64,000 nucleotides of DNA from an uncultured Chloroflexia bacterium (lineage in GTDB: Bacteria; Chloroflexota; Dehalococcoidia; GIF9; UBA5629). The stretch is from NCBI GenBank assembly GCA_963754385.1, contig CAVWGE010000004.1:118780-182779 (forward strand), read 5' to 3'. The translations under genes and the position numbers were made by a program. This document shows, piece after piece, positions 40,625 to 50,111 of the stretch (positions are counted from its first letter, which is position 1; every line of letters begins with the position of its first letter). Below the pieces are notes generated by a model, which did not search any database, was not told where the DNA came from, and saw nothing but the letters and a program-made list of their open reading frames with translations.

Positions 40625-43078
40625 ATGAGACCGGAAAGATTTACTGAACAAGCCAGAGAAATACTGGCTGTTTCGCAAGGTATTACTAGCCGATATCGCC
40701 ATGTCCAGTGGGATGTGGAGCATATCTTATTGGCATTGTTGGAGCAAGAAGGAGGCTTGACCTCGCAGATATTAGGAAGGTTGGGTGCGAATGTGGAGGC
40801 GGTAAAAAAGCGAGTTGAAGATAGCCTTGACCGTGCTCCGAAAGCGACCCAGGAGTCTGCTCAGATTTATGCCACGCCTCGAATCGCTCGACTCATGGAT
40901 AATGCCGCTCGTGAAGCTGACCGACTTAAGGACGATTTCATTAGCACTGAGCACCTGCTGATTGCTATTGCGGCGGAGGGTAGTGGGGAAGCAGCCACTA
41001 TTCTGAAAGAGTTTGGAATAGACCAGGAGAAAATCTACCGGGCGCTTCAGGATATTCGGGGTGGTCATCGGGTTGATAGCCCGACCGCTGAGAGCAGGTA
41101 TCGCTCCCTGGAGAAGTATGGGCGTGACCTAACTGAATTAGCTCGCCAGGGTAAACTCGACCCGGTGATTGGGCGTGATGAGGAGATAAAGCGGGTGATG
41201 CAGATATTAACGCGGCGCACCAAGAACAACCCTGTTATTATCGGCGAGGCTGGCGTTGGTAAAACAGCTATTGCAGAGGGGCTAGCCCAAAAAATCGCGG
41301 CTGGCGATGTACCTGATTCTCTTAAGGACAAGAGGGTGGTTGCTCTGGATATGGGGACGCTGGTTGCCGGCAGCAAGTTTCGGGGCGAGTTTGAGGAGAG
41401 GCTGAAGGCGGTTATGGATGAGGTCCGTCAGGGCAAGGGCGAGATTATCTTGTTTATAGACGAGATGCACACTGTAGTTGGTGCTGGAGCTGCTGAGGGG
41501 GCTATTGATGCCAGCAACATGTTGAAGCCGGCATTGGCTCGTGGTGAACTCCAGTGCGTTGGGGCAACTACTCTTGACGAATATCGACAGCATATTGAGA
41601 AGGATAAGGCGCTGGAGCGGCGGTTACAGCCCTTGTTTCTCAGTGAGCCGAGCGTCGAGGCGACCATAGAGATGCTGCGTGCCTTGCGTCCCAGGTATGA
41701 AGCCCATCACAAGATAAAAATCGATGACTCTGCTCTGGCGGCTGCGGTCAAACTTAGCCAGCGTTATATCTCAGACAGGTTCCTCCCGGATAAGGCAATT
41801 GACCTTATAGATGAGGCAGCAAGCAAGCTGCGCATTGACATGGAAAGTAAACCGCCGGATATCAAAGAGCTGGGCACAAAGATAAAGTATCTGCAAGATG
41901 AGGAAGATTCAGCCTCTCAGCGGGGAGATTATCAAAAAGCAGCTGAGTTAAGGTCACAAAGGTTGCAGCTCGAACCGGAGCGTGATAGGAAGGAAGCCGA
42001 GTGGCGCAAGGAGAAAAAAATCGACAGCGTTGTGGATGAGGAGGCTATCGCCGAACTGGTTTCCAAATGGACGGGTATCCCGGTGTCACGAATGCTGGAA
42101 GGTGAGGCTGAGAAGTTAATTCATATGGAAGAGCGGCTGCATGATAGGATTGTGAATCAGGAAGAGGCAGTTTCAGCTATATCTGAGGCTATCAGGCGTG
42201 GGCGAGCCGGGCTTAAAGACCCCAAGAGACCCGTAGGTAGTTTCATCTTCTTGGGTCCTACAGGTGTTGGTAAAACAGAGCTGGCCAAGGCTTTAGCTCA
42301 ATTTCTCTTTGACGATGAGGAAGCCATGATAAGGTTGGATATGTCAGAGTTTCAGGAGAAGCATACGGTATCTCGGCTCATCGGCGCCCCACCGGGATAT
42401 GTGGGTTATGAGGAGGCAGGACAGCTAACTGAAGCTGTGCGAAGGCGTCCGTTTCGAGTGATTCTTTTTGATGAGATTGAAAAGGCACATCCTGATGTAT
42501 TTAACATTCTGCTCCAGATTCTGGAGGATGGTAGGCTGACCGATGGCCATGGCAGGGCAGTCAATTTTAGGGAAACAGTGGTGATAATGACTAGCAACTT
42601 AGGTATGCCTGAATTCACCCGTCAGGCAAGCCGGGCAATAGGTTTTTCAACCCCTGGGGACAAGCAGGATAAAGACGAGATGGACAGGCTGAGGAGTTCT
42701 ATAGAGAGCGATTTGAAAAAGACCTTTCGCCCTGAGTTTCTCAATAGGATAGATGATACTATTATCTTCCAGCCGCTAACTGAAGAGCACCTGAAGAAGA
42801 TTGTTGACCTGTTAATTCTTGAAGTGCAGAAAAGATTGGATGAGCGCGATATAAAATTGGAGCTAAGTGACGAGGTAAAAGCCTGGCTGCTCAAGAAGGG
42901 CTATGAGCCGGCCTACGGAGCACGTCCGCTACGCCGGGCAATCCAACGCTATGTGGAGAATCCTCTGTCAAGCCGAATATTGCAGGGCGAAATAAAAGAC
43001 GGAGAGACTGTAGTTGTCGGCGTTAGTGGTGATGTGCTAAGCTTTAGCACCAAAAAGAAAGTCAAGGCAGCTAAATAG
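40625..43078 (+). CDS. clpB: Chaperone ClpB (Hsp104-type disaggregase)
   Basis: 817 aa: N-domain, two AAA+ modules ([25 protein letters not shown]), a long middle coiled-coil, and the sensor-2 region GARPLRR. Confidence 0.95.
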   Translation: MRPERFTEQAREILAVSQGITSRYRHVQWDVEHILLALLEQEGGLTSQILGRLGANVEAVKKRVEDSLDRAPKATQESAQIYATPRIARLMDNAAREADRLKDDFISTEHLLIAIAAEGSGEAATILKEFGIDQEKIYRALQDIRGGHRVDSPTAESRYRSLEKYGRDLTELARQGKLDPVIGRDEEIKRVMQILTRRTKNNPVIIGEAGVGKTAIAEGLAQKIAAGDVPDSLKDKRVVALDMGTLVAGSKFRGEFEERLKAVMDEVRQGKGEIILFIDEMHTVVGAGAAEGAIDASNMLKPALARGELQCVGATTLDEYRQHIEKDKALERRLQPLFLSEPSVEATIEMLRALRPRYEAHHKIKIDDSALAAAVKLSQRYISDRFLPDKAIDLIDEAASKLRIDMESKPPDIKELGTKIKYLQDEEDSASQRGDYQKAAELRSQRLQLEPERDRKEAEWRKEKKIDSVVDEEAIAELVSKWTGIPVSRMLEGEAEKLIHMEERLHDRIVNQEEAVSAISEAIRRGRAGLKDPKRPVGSFIFLGPTGVGKTELAKALAQFLFDDEEAMIRLDMSEFQEKHTVSRLIGAPPGYVGYEEAGQLTEAVRRRPFRVILFDEIEKAHPDVFNILLQILEDGRLTDGHGRAVNFRETVVIMTSNLGMPEFTRQASRAIGFSTPGDKQDKDEMDRLRSSIESDLKKTFRPEFLNRIDDTIIFQPLTEEHLKKIVDLLILEVQKRLDERDIKLELSDEVKAWLLKKGYEPAYGARPLRRAIQRYVENPLSSRILQGEIKDGETVVVGVSGDVLSFSTKKKVKAAK

Positions 43079-43079
43079 G

Positions 43080-43739
43080 ATGGCAAATTCCTCTTTAAAA
43101 GACGCCGTAACTGCGAATGTAGGAGACACACAAGGTTTATCCAAAAAGGACATTATAGTAAGTGTCCTATCCATACTGTTTACTATCTCTCTTTGTGTTG
43201 TTGCTATTTACTACAGAGATTACCTGCTGGATACAAAATATGTAGCAACTTATGGCCTCCTGGGTATGCTCATTGTTGCTTTCCTCGGCGGAAGCTTGTT
43301 GAGCATGATAGCCATACCCGTTCCCTATTGGATTTTAGTGTTCACACTACCGTCCATCTTGGCGCCAGAATTGCAGATAGGAGCGCCTATATTGGTAGCT
43401 CTAGTCTCAGGTTTTGGCGCCAGTTTGGGTCAGCTACTCACTTTCATGCTTGGCTGTGGGAGCAGGGACCTTTCTCAGAAACTCGCTTACAAGGTTAATA
43501 GGGGCTTGTATGATAGAGCCATGAACTTGGCCCAGCGGCATGGTTCGCTGGCTGTCTTTATCATGTCGGCCATAATAAATCCCTTCCATTTACCCATGAC
43601 TTTTGCTATGGCTTCGCTCCGGTTCCCAACTTGGAAGTATTTCCTTTACTCTTTTCTCGGTAATATAGTTAAGAGTTCGTTCATAGCGTTTTGTGGCTAT
43701 CTCGGATTAAATTCGCTTCTCCATCTTCTGGGAATATAG
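43080..43739 (+). CDS. DedA/TVP38 (VTT-domain) family membrane protein
   Basis: 219 aa with several TM segments and conserved glycine-rich loops of the DedA family. Confidence 0.75.
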   Translation: MANSSLKDAVTANVGDTQGLSKKDIIVSVLSILFTISLCVVAIYYRDYLLDTKYVATYGLLGMLIVAFLGGSLLSMIAIPVPYWILVFTLPSILAPELQIGAPILVALVSGFGASLGQLLTFMLGCGSRDLSQKLAYKVNRGLYDRAMNLAQRHGSLAVFIMSAIINPFHLPMTFAMASLRFPTWKYFLYSFLGNIVKSSFIAFCGYLGLNSLLHLLGI

Positions 43740-43758
43740 AAGGGAATGTAATTGAAAA

Positions 43759-44325
43759 GTGCATATTATTTTGTTTTGTATGTTAGGAATATCGCTAGGT
43801 TTAGTGAGCTGGCAATTAGTCGTCTGGTCCGGTGAGATTTCGCAAAAGAGCAAGAGATATAATGCTGCCGCTGCATGTGCCCGGAAGTTTGAGAAACCGT
43901 TGCTGATAGCCGGTGGTCCCTGGAGTAACAGAGGAATTCGCCGGTGGCTAAATATACCGGCGCATGGTGACGGTGACGTTTGTTTTGATATTGAGCGGCG
44001 AGCCTTTGAAGGTCACCCTTGTGGGGTGATTGCCGATGTTACCCAAATCCCGTTCTCCGATAAAGCGTTTGGAGCCGCTTTTGCCAGTCACTTACTGGAA
44101 CACATGCCAACAATTGATGACGCCGAAAGAGCCTTGGACGAACTCAACAGAGTAGCGAAAGTTGTTTTTATTGCTTATCCTTCGAGACAATCTATCGGGG
44201 CATGGCTTCATCGCGGGCACCATCTATGGGTTTGGCAAAAAGGCAATGCCATCTATTTTGAGCAGAGGGGTAATTCAACAGGTGAGAAGAATGCAAAATA
44301 TCACCTTATTGATGCAGTTAGGTAG
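43759..44325 (+). CDS. Class I SAM-dependent methyltransferase-like protein
   Basis: Methyltransf_11-like core (DVTQIPFSDKAFGAAFASHLLEHMP) with an N-terminal hydrophobic segment. Confidence 0.7.
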   Translation: MHIILFCMLGISLGLVSWQLVVWSGEISQKSKRYNAAAACARKFEKPLLIAGGPWSNRGIRRWLNIPAHGDGDVCFDIERRAFEGHPCGVIADVTQIPFSDKAFGAAFASHLLEHMPTIDDAERALDELNRVAKVVFIAYPSRQSIGAWLHRGHHLWVWQKGNAIYFEQRGNSTGEKNAKYHLIDAVR

Positions 44326-44381
44326 CTGCTTCATCGATTAAGTTTTCTTACAAGGGCCAAAAATGTCACAGGGGATTAGAA

Positions 44382-45155
44382 ATGACTAGTGCGAATCTGA
44401 CTTTACGAGAAGAGGCCTATCGTTTGGCTTCACAACTTTTTGGTAGTGAGGAAGCAGGTACTGACTTCGCTAATCAAGTTTTGGATGTTTGTGCCAGAGC
44501 CAGAGGTAAAGACTTCCTTATTGTTCATAACCCCGGTGGTTGGGGGAATGCTCGATTAGAGCAATGCCTGGCGTGGGAGAGGAGCATAGTGGCCGGAATC
44601 AAAGGCGTAATAGAGGAAATGGGGTATAGTTTGTTACTGACTCAATATTTCCGCAGTGGCAGAGGATGGGGGGAGCAGATGCGGGACATGAGAGAGCAAT
44701 TTCGCTTCTTTGCGCCTAAGGCAAGGGTAATGGCAGGCTGGCTGCGATTTATCCTCACGCATGTCAATGATATCAAGGTGATACTGGTAGGGGTAAGCCA
44801 AGGAGCTGCTTTCGGCAACTCAGTTATGCGGCAGCTAGGTGGACTTTACCCGGTCTATAGCATTGAGTTGGGCTTTCCGTTCCAGTATAAATCCTGGCGG
44901 ATAATTACCGGTAGAACGCTAGCTATAGATAGTAATGGAGTCAGGCCTGATGTCCTGGCGCAAGGAAATTTGAGGGTTGGGGCTGGAATCCTTATGTCTG
45001 CTCCTTTTAAATGGATGTGGTACCGGCTTAGGGGGAAACGGGTATCTTTTGCCCATTGCGTTAATGCTCCGGGACATGAATACGATTGGGATGATCCTGA
45101 GATACAGAAGCCAATCAGAGATTTCCTTAAAACATATTTCGGCGCTAAGAAATAG
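44382..45155 (+). CDS. Alpha/beta-hydrolase-like protein
   Basis: HGGG-like LIVHNPGGWG and a nucleophile-elbow-like GVSQG; otherwise unassigned. Confidence 0.6.
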   Translation: MTSANLTLREEAYRLASQLFGSEEAGTDFANQVLDVCARARGKDFLIVHNPGGWGNARLEQCLAWERSIVAGIKGVIEEMGYSLLLTQYFRSGRGWGEQMRDMREQFRFFAPKARVMAGWLRFILTHVNDIKVILVGVSQGAAFGNSVMRQLGGLYPVYSIELGFPFQYKSWRIITGRTLAIDSNGVRPDVLAQGNLRVGAGILMSAPFKWMWYRLRGKRVSFAHCVNAPGHEYDWDDPEIQKPIRDFLKTYFGAKK

Positions 45156-45285
45156 GCGCGGGTTGAGCATGAGTCAAGAGGAACTTGGTGAGTGGCAGGG
45201 GGTACTGCCCACCTTAGTTGCGGCTCTGGCTGAAGCCAGGGGCTGGAAAATTGCGGTGCCTCGTCTGAGTTAGAGTTGCCCTTTC

Positions 45286-45528
45286 ATGAATGCTAAAGAT
45301 GGAGGTGTGAATTTGAACATGGGAGAACAAAGAAGCTGGCAGGTAGCCCTTCTTCTGTCCATCTTTCTTGGTTTTTTTGGCGCTGACCGTTTTTATATCG
45401 GCAGAACGCGGTCGGCGATTGTTAAGCTCGTTACCTTGAGCTGTTTTGGTGTCTGGTGGCTTAGCGATTTTATCCTCATTGCCAGCGATTGGCGCAGGGA
45501 TGCTTGGGGTCGGCCTCTAAAGCACTGA
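45286..45528 (+). CDS. TM2-domain membrane protein
   Basis: TM2 signature LLLSIFLGFFGADRFYIG...WWLSDFILIA. Confidence 0.7.
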   Translation: MNAKDGGVNLNMGEQRSWQVALLLSIFLGFFGADRFYIGRTRSAIVKLVTLSCFGVWWLSDFILIASDWRRDAWGRPLKH

Positions 45529-45571
45529 TAACGTGTGAGTTCCGCTGAGTATTTGCCGGACTTTTTGGAGT

Positions 45572-45647
45572 GAAGTTGTAGCTCAGTTGGGAGTGCGTTT
45601 GATTTGCAGTAAAAAGGTAGCGGGTTCGAATCCCATCAGCTGCACTA
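45572..45647 (+). pseudogene. Degenerate duplicate of tRNA-Ala (anticodon-position TGC, 3' CTA), likely pseudo-tRNA
   Basis: 76-nt cloverleaf-alignable copy of the 46507 tRNA, including about 12 bp of shared 5' flank (gactttttgg). It carries mismatches in the acceptor (2-71 A.G), D (12-23 T.T), anticodon (30-40 G.A) and T (50-64 C.A) stems, A3-T70 instead of the alanine G3-U70 identity pair, and CTA instead of CCA. Confidence 0.55.
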
Positions 45648-45689
45648 AACGACATACCTATGATTCATCAGCGCTCGTGCTTACGGTGT

Positions 45690-46247
45690 CTATTTTTTAA
45701 CAAGCCTGAATAGATTGCCGTGTTTGCCATTCAGCGAAAACAAACCATCAGTGTAGCTAAAGATCCTGTCCTTCATGCCGTCATGTATCGCTAAAATACC
45801 GTCTTTCTTTAATACCCTGTGCAGCTCTTCTAATACCGCCCGTTTTTGCCTGACCTCATGAAAGACGTCGCACATCCAGATTATATCGATGCACTGATCG
45901 GGTAAGGTGATTTTTGTATCTGAGAGCATTATTACGATATTGGACAGCCCTTCTTTGCGTGCTCTCTTTTGAACTGTCCGCAGTTGGCGTGGGAAACAAT
46001 CTAAGGCGTATACTGTTCCCTTCTTGCCTACAATCTTAGCCGCAGGGATGGCAAAATCACCGGTACCGCAGCCATAATCAAGAAAGCACTGACCTTCTTT
46101 TAGCAAGTTATATTTGCTCCACAGCCGCCGAATGGCTCGTCCGCTATATAGACTCCTCCACAATGGCCACCAGTAGACCCAAAGTGCATAGTGGGCTCTA
46201 TATAACGGGTTTAACTTTTCTTCAAGGAAGCACTCTATTTTCTCCAC
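45690..46247 (-). CDS. Class I SAM-dependent methyltransferase
   Basis: Motif I FLDYGCGTGDF, motif II YALDCF, post-II IWMCDVFHE; 185 aa. Confidence 0.8.
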   Translation of the reverse strand: MEKIECFLEEKLNPLYRAHYALWVYWWPLWRSLYSGRAIRRLWSKYNLLKEGQCFLDYGCGTGDFAIPAAKIVGKKGTVYALDCFPRQLRTVQKRARKEGLSNIVIMLSDTKITLPDQCIDIIWMCDVFHEVRQKRAVLEELHRVLKKDGILAIHDGMKDRIFSYTDGLFSLNGKHGNLFRLVKK

Positions 46248-46506
46248 AGTTCCTCTTTTCTCTCGGAGGCTAGTTGGAAATTATGGCCGGCATATTTTGG
46301 CAATGCGGTTTCACCTTTTGCGGTATTCTCAGAATCAAAGCACGGGTGAGCAATAATATCCAGGGTTTCTAACTTTCTCTGGCGGGATTTCTTTCTGAAC
46401 GCAAACCGAAGTTGGCATGACGGTTAATTATACCATGCTTTGTCAAATTATCGGACGGGTGCAGGTGGTTGAGTTTGGTTGAGTTTTTTGCTAGACTTTT
46501 TGGCGT

Positions 46507-46582
46507 GGGGCTGTAGCTCAATTGGGAGAGCGTTTGACTGGCAGTCAAAAGGTAGTGGGTTCGAATCCCATCAGCTCCACCA
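46507..46582 (+). tRNA. tRNA-Ala (anticodon GGC)
   Basis: Folded by hand: 7-bp acceptor stem with the G3-U70 alanine identity pair, D stem gctc/gagc, anticodon loop ctGGCag, T arm gtggg-ttcgaat-cccat, discriminator A, encoded CCA. Total 76 nt. Confidence 0.9.
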
Positions 46583-46668
46583 GTAACCTTCCTAAGGCTA
46601 ATATCAATTCAAATCACCTTTCGACTAGCGAAAGTCCCAATACGCAATTAGCTATCCCATTACACCGT

Positions 46669-47565
46669 TTGATTGAAGGATTTCTGTTATCCTGCAAAGT
46701 AGAGAACAAGTCTCCTGCCACAATAAGCTTCTACAAGAACATCCTCGGTAAGTTCGAATGGTATCTCAGTAAATTCGGTATTGAAACGATTGATGCCAGT
46801 ATAATCAGGAACTTTCTAGGATACGTAAAAGACACTGAAAATAGATGGGATAGCACTAATGCGAGAGCTAATAGGATGGTTTCTCCTACAACAGTAAAAA
46901 GCTATTACATCAGTCTATCTGCCTTATTTACCTGGGCAATTGAAGAGCAGTTAATCACGTCTAATCCCATGGCTACAGTGAAGAGGCCTAAGTTACCCAA
47001 TAAATCAGTAAAAGGATGTGAACCTGAGACTTTAAAGATATTATTAAACGCTTTTAATGGTATGAGTTTGAATGATTTACGCAATAAAGCTATGCTCCTC
47101 ATGTTCTTAGATACTGGCTTAAGGTTATCTGAACTTGCAGGTCTGACTTTATCTGATATCAATATTGAGAAAGGCATCATCAAAGTCATTGGTAAAGGCA
47201 ATAAAGAAAGATACGCTAGAATAGGAGTCAAGACACAGAAAGCATTATGGAATTATTTAGCTCATAGACCAGTGGAAAAGGAGTATGTATGGTTGGGAAA
47301 AGGCTATGGCAAAATGACAGTAGATGGCATTGCTCTTGTTATTAGAAACTTGGGTAAGAGATTAGGGATTAGATTGTCACCGCATAGGTTGAGACATAGT
47401 TTTGCTATAATCTTCCTAAGGAACGGAGCTAATTCGTTTGAGCTACAGATAGCGTTAGGCCACACTACCTTAGAAATGACCAGGAGATATACACAGGCAT
47501 TAGGTTTTGATGATGTGTTCAAGAGGCATGTGGTGGCGAGTCCGGTAGATAGATTGATACGTTAG
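46669..47565 (+). CDS. Tyrosine-type site-specific integrase
   Basis: N-terminal SAM-like core-binding domain (LIEGFLLSCKVENKSPATISFYKN) and catalytic domain with R..(HRLRHSFA)..Y (RRY). The track ORF starts inside the tRNA; start moved to an in-frame TTG at 46669 because no ATG is available, so the boundary is approximate. Confidence 0.8.
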   Translation: MIEGFLLSCKVENKSPATISFYKNILGKFEWYLSKFGIETIDASIIRNFLGYVKDTENRWDSTNARANRMVSPTTVKSYYISLSALFTWAIEEQLITSNPMATVKRPKLPNKSVKGCEPETLKILLNAFNGMSLNDLRNKAMLLMFLDTGLRLSELAGLTLSDINIEKGIIKVIGKGNKERYARIGVKTQKALWNYLAHRPVEKEYVWLGKGYGKMTVDGIALVIRNLGKRLGIRLSPHRLRHSFAIIFLRNGANSFELQIALGHTTLEMTRRYTQALGFDDVFKRHVVASPVDRLIR

Positions 47566-47779
47566 ACTATGATGCGGTAGAGGCACATAAGATATCATCG
47601 CCCATTGATAGCCTCAAATCTTGACTGTATTGTGATAGCAAACCCAACTTAAGAAATGGTATAAATATTGGGGCAGGTCATCATGAGTAGCGATACAATA
47701 ATCTATACAATAATCTTGAGTAGCGAACTATATGCTAAGTCAGCGTCATTTATAAAAGTAAAGGCCGGTACTGAAAGTC

Positions 47780-48049
47780 ATGAACGAAGAAAACACTTGT
47801 GAGAACGCAATAGAACAGGAAGAACAAATCAGAGAAAGAATGGATGCTAACGGAATTAGGTGGCGGAAAATCTATGTTGGAGGCGGTGCTCACGCTAAGA
47901 ACTGGATACAACAGAGTAAAGAAATTTACGGCGAAGAAAATTTACAAATTGAAGAAGTAGAGTCGCCTGGCCCTAAATGCTACGAGGAGAGTAGCGAAAA
48001 ACAACTCAGAATCTGGGTAAGAATAAATAAAGCAACCCCTGTCACATAG
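47780..48049 (+). CDS. Hypothetical acidic protein (island cargo)
   Basis: 89-aa ORF, no family recognised. Confidence 0.3.
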   Translation: MNEENTCENAIEQEEQIRERMDANGIRWRKIYVGGGAHAKNWIQQSKEIYGEENLQIEEVESPGPKCYEESSEKQLRIWVRINKATPVT

Positions 48050-48070
48050 TAGGACACCAATATTGTCCGG

Positions 48071-48463
48071 CTAGAAGGTCTCTACCTCCTCGACGGCTAT
48101 TCTCACCACGTTGCGCACCTTTATGTTTCTGCTCACCCACTCGGCTACGGCATTGTCGAAAATGTCGCCGGATTTGAATATTTCACCCTTTCCCCAGATG
48201 CGACAGCCCTTGCGTGCTACTGCGTCTAGACAAATAACGGCAACCTGCGGATTTTCCTTGATGTTGGCGATGGTGCGTGGAGAAGCGATGTCAGCGAATA
48301 GAATATGCTCATCATCTAGAATACGTATAGAGCCTTTTGCAGAAACATTCGGTTTGCCGGTCTTGCTTGCCGTGGCCACGAGTGATGGATGTATTTCTCG
48401 GATTGCCTTTTTTGCTTCTTCAGTGAGCTTTACCATGGTTACCTCCTGTAATAAGATTGGCAC
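48071..48463 (-). CDS. Pyridoxamine 5'-phosphate oxidase-like FMN-binding split-barrel protein
   Basis: 130 aa; pattern HPSLVATASKTGKPNVSAKGS...ENPQVAVICLD typical of PPOX/general stress protein 26 family proteins. Confidence 0.7.
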   Translation of the reverse strand: MPILLQEVTMVKLTEEAKKAIREIHPSLVATASKTGKPNVSAKGSIRILDDEHILFADIASPRTIANIKENPQVAVICLDAVARKGCRIWGKGEIFKSGDIFDNAVAEWVSRNIKVRNVVRIAVEEVETF

Positions 48464-48500
48464 TATTATAAATCAGTCCTTAGTCTCTGTACATACCTTT

Positions 48501-48533
48501 GACCTGCCCCCAATACTTATACCACTTCTTAAC
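48501..48533. repeat. R repeat copy 1 (gacctgcccccaatacttataccacttctta)
   Basis: One of four 30-33-bp near-identical copies (48501, 48835, 51335, 55769). The reverse complement reads GTGGTATAAGTATTGGG, an extended -10-like motif, positioned 6-40 bp upstream of minus-strand ORFs. Confidence 0.55.
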
Positions 48534-48566
48534 AAATACTCATAAGGACGACAAATCAAAGCAATT

Positions 48567-48818
48567 CTAAACTCTACCATTTGTTATTGACCTCAGTTTA
48601 TCCTTTCTCTTAAGTCGCTTAATTCTATGCTCCATTCTAGAGGCATGCGCTTTATCGTCACAATCCCACTTGGCTAGCAATTTAACAGGCCTTCTTCCTC
48701 TAGTGTATTTAGAGCCAGTCCCTGAGTTGTGTTGCCTTATCCGCTCATCAATATCATTACTGATTCCTGTATAAAATGTTCCATCATTACACTCAACTAT
48801 ATAAACACACCAATTCAT
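48567..48818 (-). CDS. GIY-YIG (URI-domain) nuclease family small protein
   Basis: Motifs VYIVECNDGTFYTGISNDIDERIRQHN and KYTRGRRPVKLL; 83 aa. Flanked on both sides by R repeats. Confidence 0.8.
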   Translation of the reverse strand: MNWCVYIVECNDGTFYTGISNDIDERIRQHNSGTGSKYTRGRRPVKLLAKWDCDDKAHASRMEHRIKRLKRKDKLRSITNGRV

Positions 48819-48834
48819 TACAATTTCCTATAGT

Positions 48835-48867
48835 GACCTGCTCCCAATACTTATACCACTTCCTAAT
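48835..48867. repeat. R repeat copy 2
   Basis: gacctgctcccaatacttataccacttcctaat, 16 bp upstream (minus strand) of the GIY-YIG start. Confidence 0.55.
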
Positions 48868-48894
48868 CTAGTCCCACAAGCACAATAGCCTCAG

Positions 48895-48966
48895 GCGCAG
48901 GCTTTGGGATTTGATGATGTATTCAAGAGGCATGTGATGGCGTCACCGGTGGATAGGTTGATGTAG
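48895..48966 (+). pseudogene. Integrase 3'-terminal remnant b (..QALGFDDVFKRHVMASPVDRLM*)
   Basis: About 72 bp that are roughly 85% identical to the last 24 codons plus stop of the 46669 integrase. An in-frame TAG lies 9 codons upstream, so no upstream integrase body remains. Confidence 0.6.
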
Positions 48967-49039
48967 GACTAGTCTGTAGGGCAGGTCAGTTATCTGAGTG
49001 AATTAACGTGCGTCATATTATCACCTATTTTGCTACTTG

Positions 49040-49678
49040 TTAAGCAACGCGTATACGAAATCGAAGCGTTGAGAATATCATAGAACCAATGATGGCAGTG
49101 GCAAAAATACCAATTGACACAATAGGATTTAGGTATGATATGCCCATTGCAATCACGAAAAGGGCTATACCAACCATTACTGTCATATTACGTATTCTTA
49201 CTTCATGCAAGTCAATGTCTGTATCTACTAGTCGATATCTTCCCGTGGCATATGTCCACTTTATGTAGCACATAAGCATACAGGCCAGAAAATTGCCCCC
49301 ATATAATAGGACTGGCAACTGTTGTCCCATATACTCTCCTAGAAGAGACGTTGAAAAGGGTAGTAGCGCCGTAAACATCAGAAATAGAATGTTTATCCAG
49401 ATCAGCATGGTGTCTGCACGTTTGATGAAACTGAACTGCCAATGATGCATGCACCACATATAACCTAGCACTAAAAACGTAACGGCGTAGCTTGCGAATT
49501 TTGGCCACATATCAAGTAACTGCTTAAATTCCTGGTGCATTGAGCTTTCCCTAAACACAGGAACACCGAGCCCCAATACCAACAGCGTCATTACGATAGC
49601 GAAGACCCCATCGGTTAGAGCCTCGAGTCTTTTTGGAGATAATGCAATTTTTGTCACTTGCTGTTCTGAATTAGTCAT
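49040..49678 (-). CDS. TMEM175-like (DUF1211) putative cation channel
   Basis: 212 aa, 6 TM segments. N-terminal signature RLEALTDGVFAIVMTLLVL matches the RxxxFSDGVFAIAITLL filter helix of TMEM175/DUF1211 proteins. Confidence 0.65.
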   Translation of the reverse strand: MTNSEQQVTKIALSPKRLEALTDGVFAIVMTLLVLGLGVPVFRESSMHQEFKQLLDMWPKFASYAVTFLVLGYMWCMHHWQFSFIKRADTMLIWINILFLMFTALLPFSTSLLGEYMGQQLPVLLYGGNFLACMLMCYIKWTYATGRYRLVDTDIDLHEVRIRNMTVMVGIALFVIAMGISYLNPIVSIGIFATAIIGSMIFSTLRFRIRVA

Positions 49679-49844
49679 AGTTTACCCCCTTATTTAGAAT
49701 TGTCTGGACTATTAGAATCACCTGTAGTGCTCCCATGTTACATCCCTATATATTAGCCGTCAACGAGAAGCAGTTAGTAATTTGTAAATACTAATAAAAT
49801 TGAGGATCTGCCTTCGGGTCAGTTACGTAATGGATAATTCGATA

Positions 49845-49913
49845 GCATTAGGATTTGATGATGTGTTTAAGAGGCATGTGCTGGCTAGTCCGGTGGATAG
49901 GCTGGTGAGGTAA
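49845..49913 (+). pseudogene. Integrase 3'-terminal remnant c (..IALGFDDVFKRHVLASPVDRLVR*)
   Basis: 69-bp homologue of the integrase C-terminus plus stop, isolated in non-coding DNA. Confidence 0.6.
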
Positions 49914-50111
49914 GGTAACTGAGTGTGTTCGACGTCAGCAAAAATTGGACACATTGTGGATACTAGGTAATGGACAGTCTGGGGTTTGCTGCTGCCGCCT
50001 GAGAAGACTATTGCTGATGGATGCAGAAATACCGCAGTTCATTCAACATTAAGGCAGAGATTTGAAAGGAGTCCAAGACCCCCCTCATCTCACTACCCGT
50101 ACCTCTTTAGC

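Noticed and set aside
45572-45647. Calling the upstream tRNA-like sequence a functional tRNA-Ala(UGC)
   Set aside because: It has a mismatch in every stem, lacks the G3-U70 alanine identity pair and ends CTA. It is kept as a pseudo-tRNA with the alternative noted.
46522-46668. Integrase ORF start at 46522 as given by the ORF track
   Set aside because: That start lies inside the tRNA-Ala gene. The integrase more plausibly starts at an in-frame TTG near 46669, where the conserved N-terminal core-binding motif begins.
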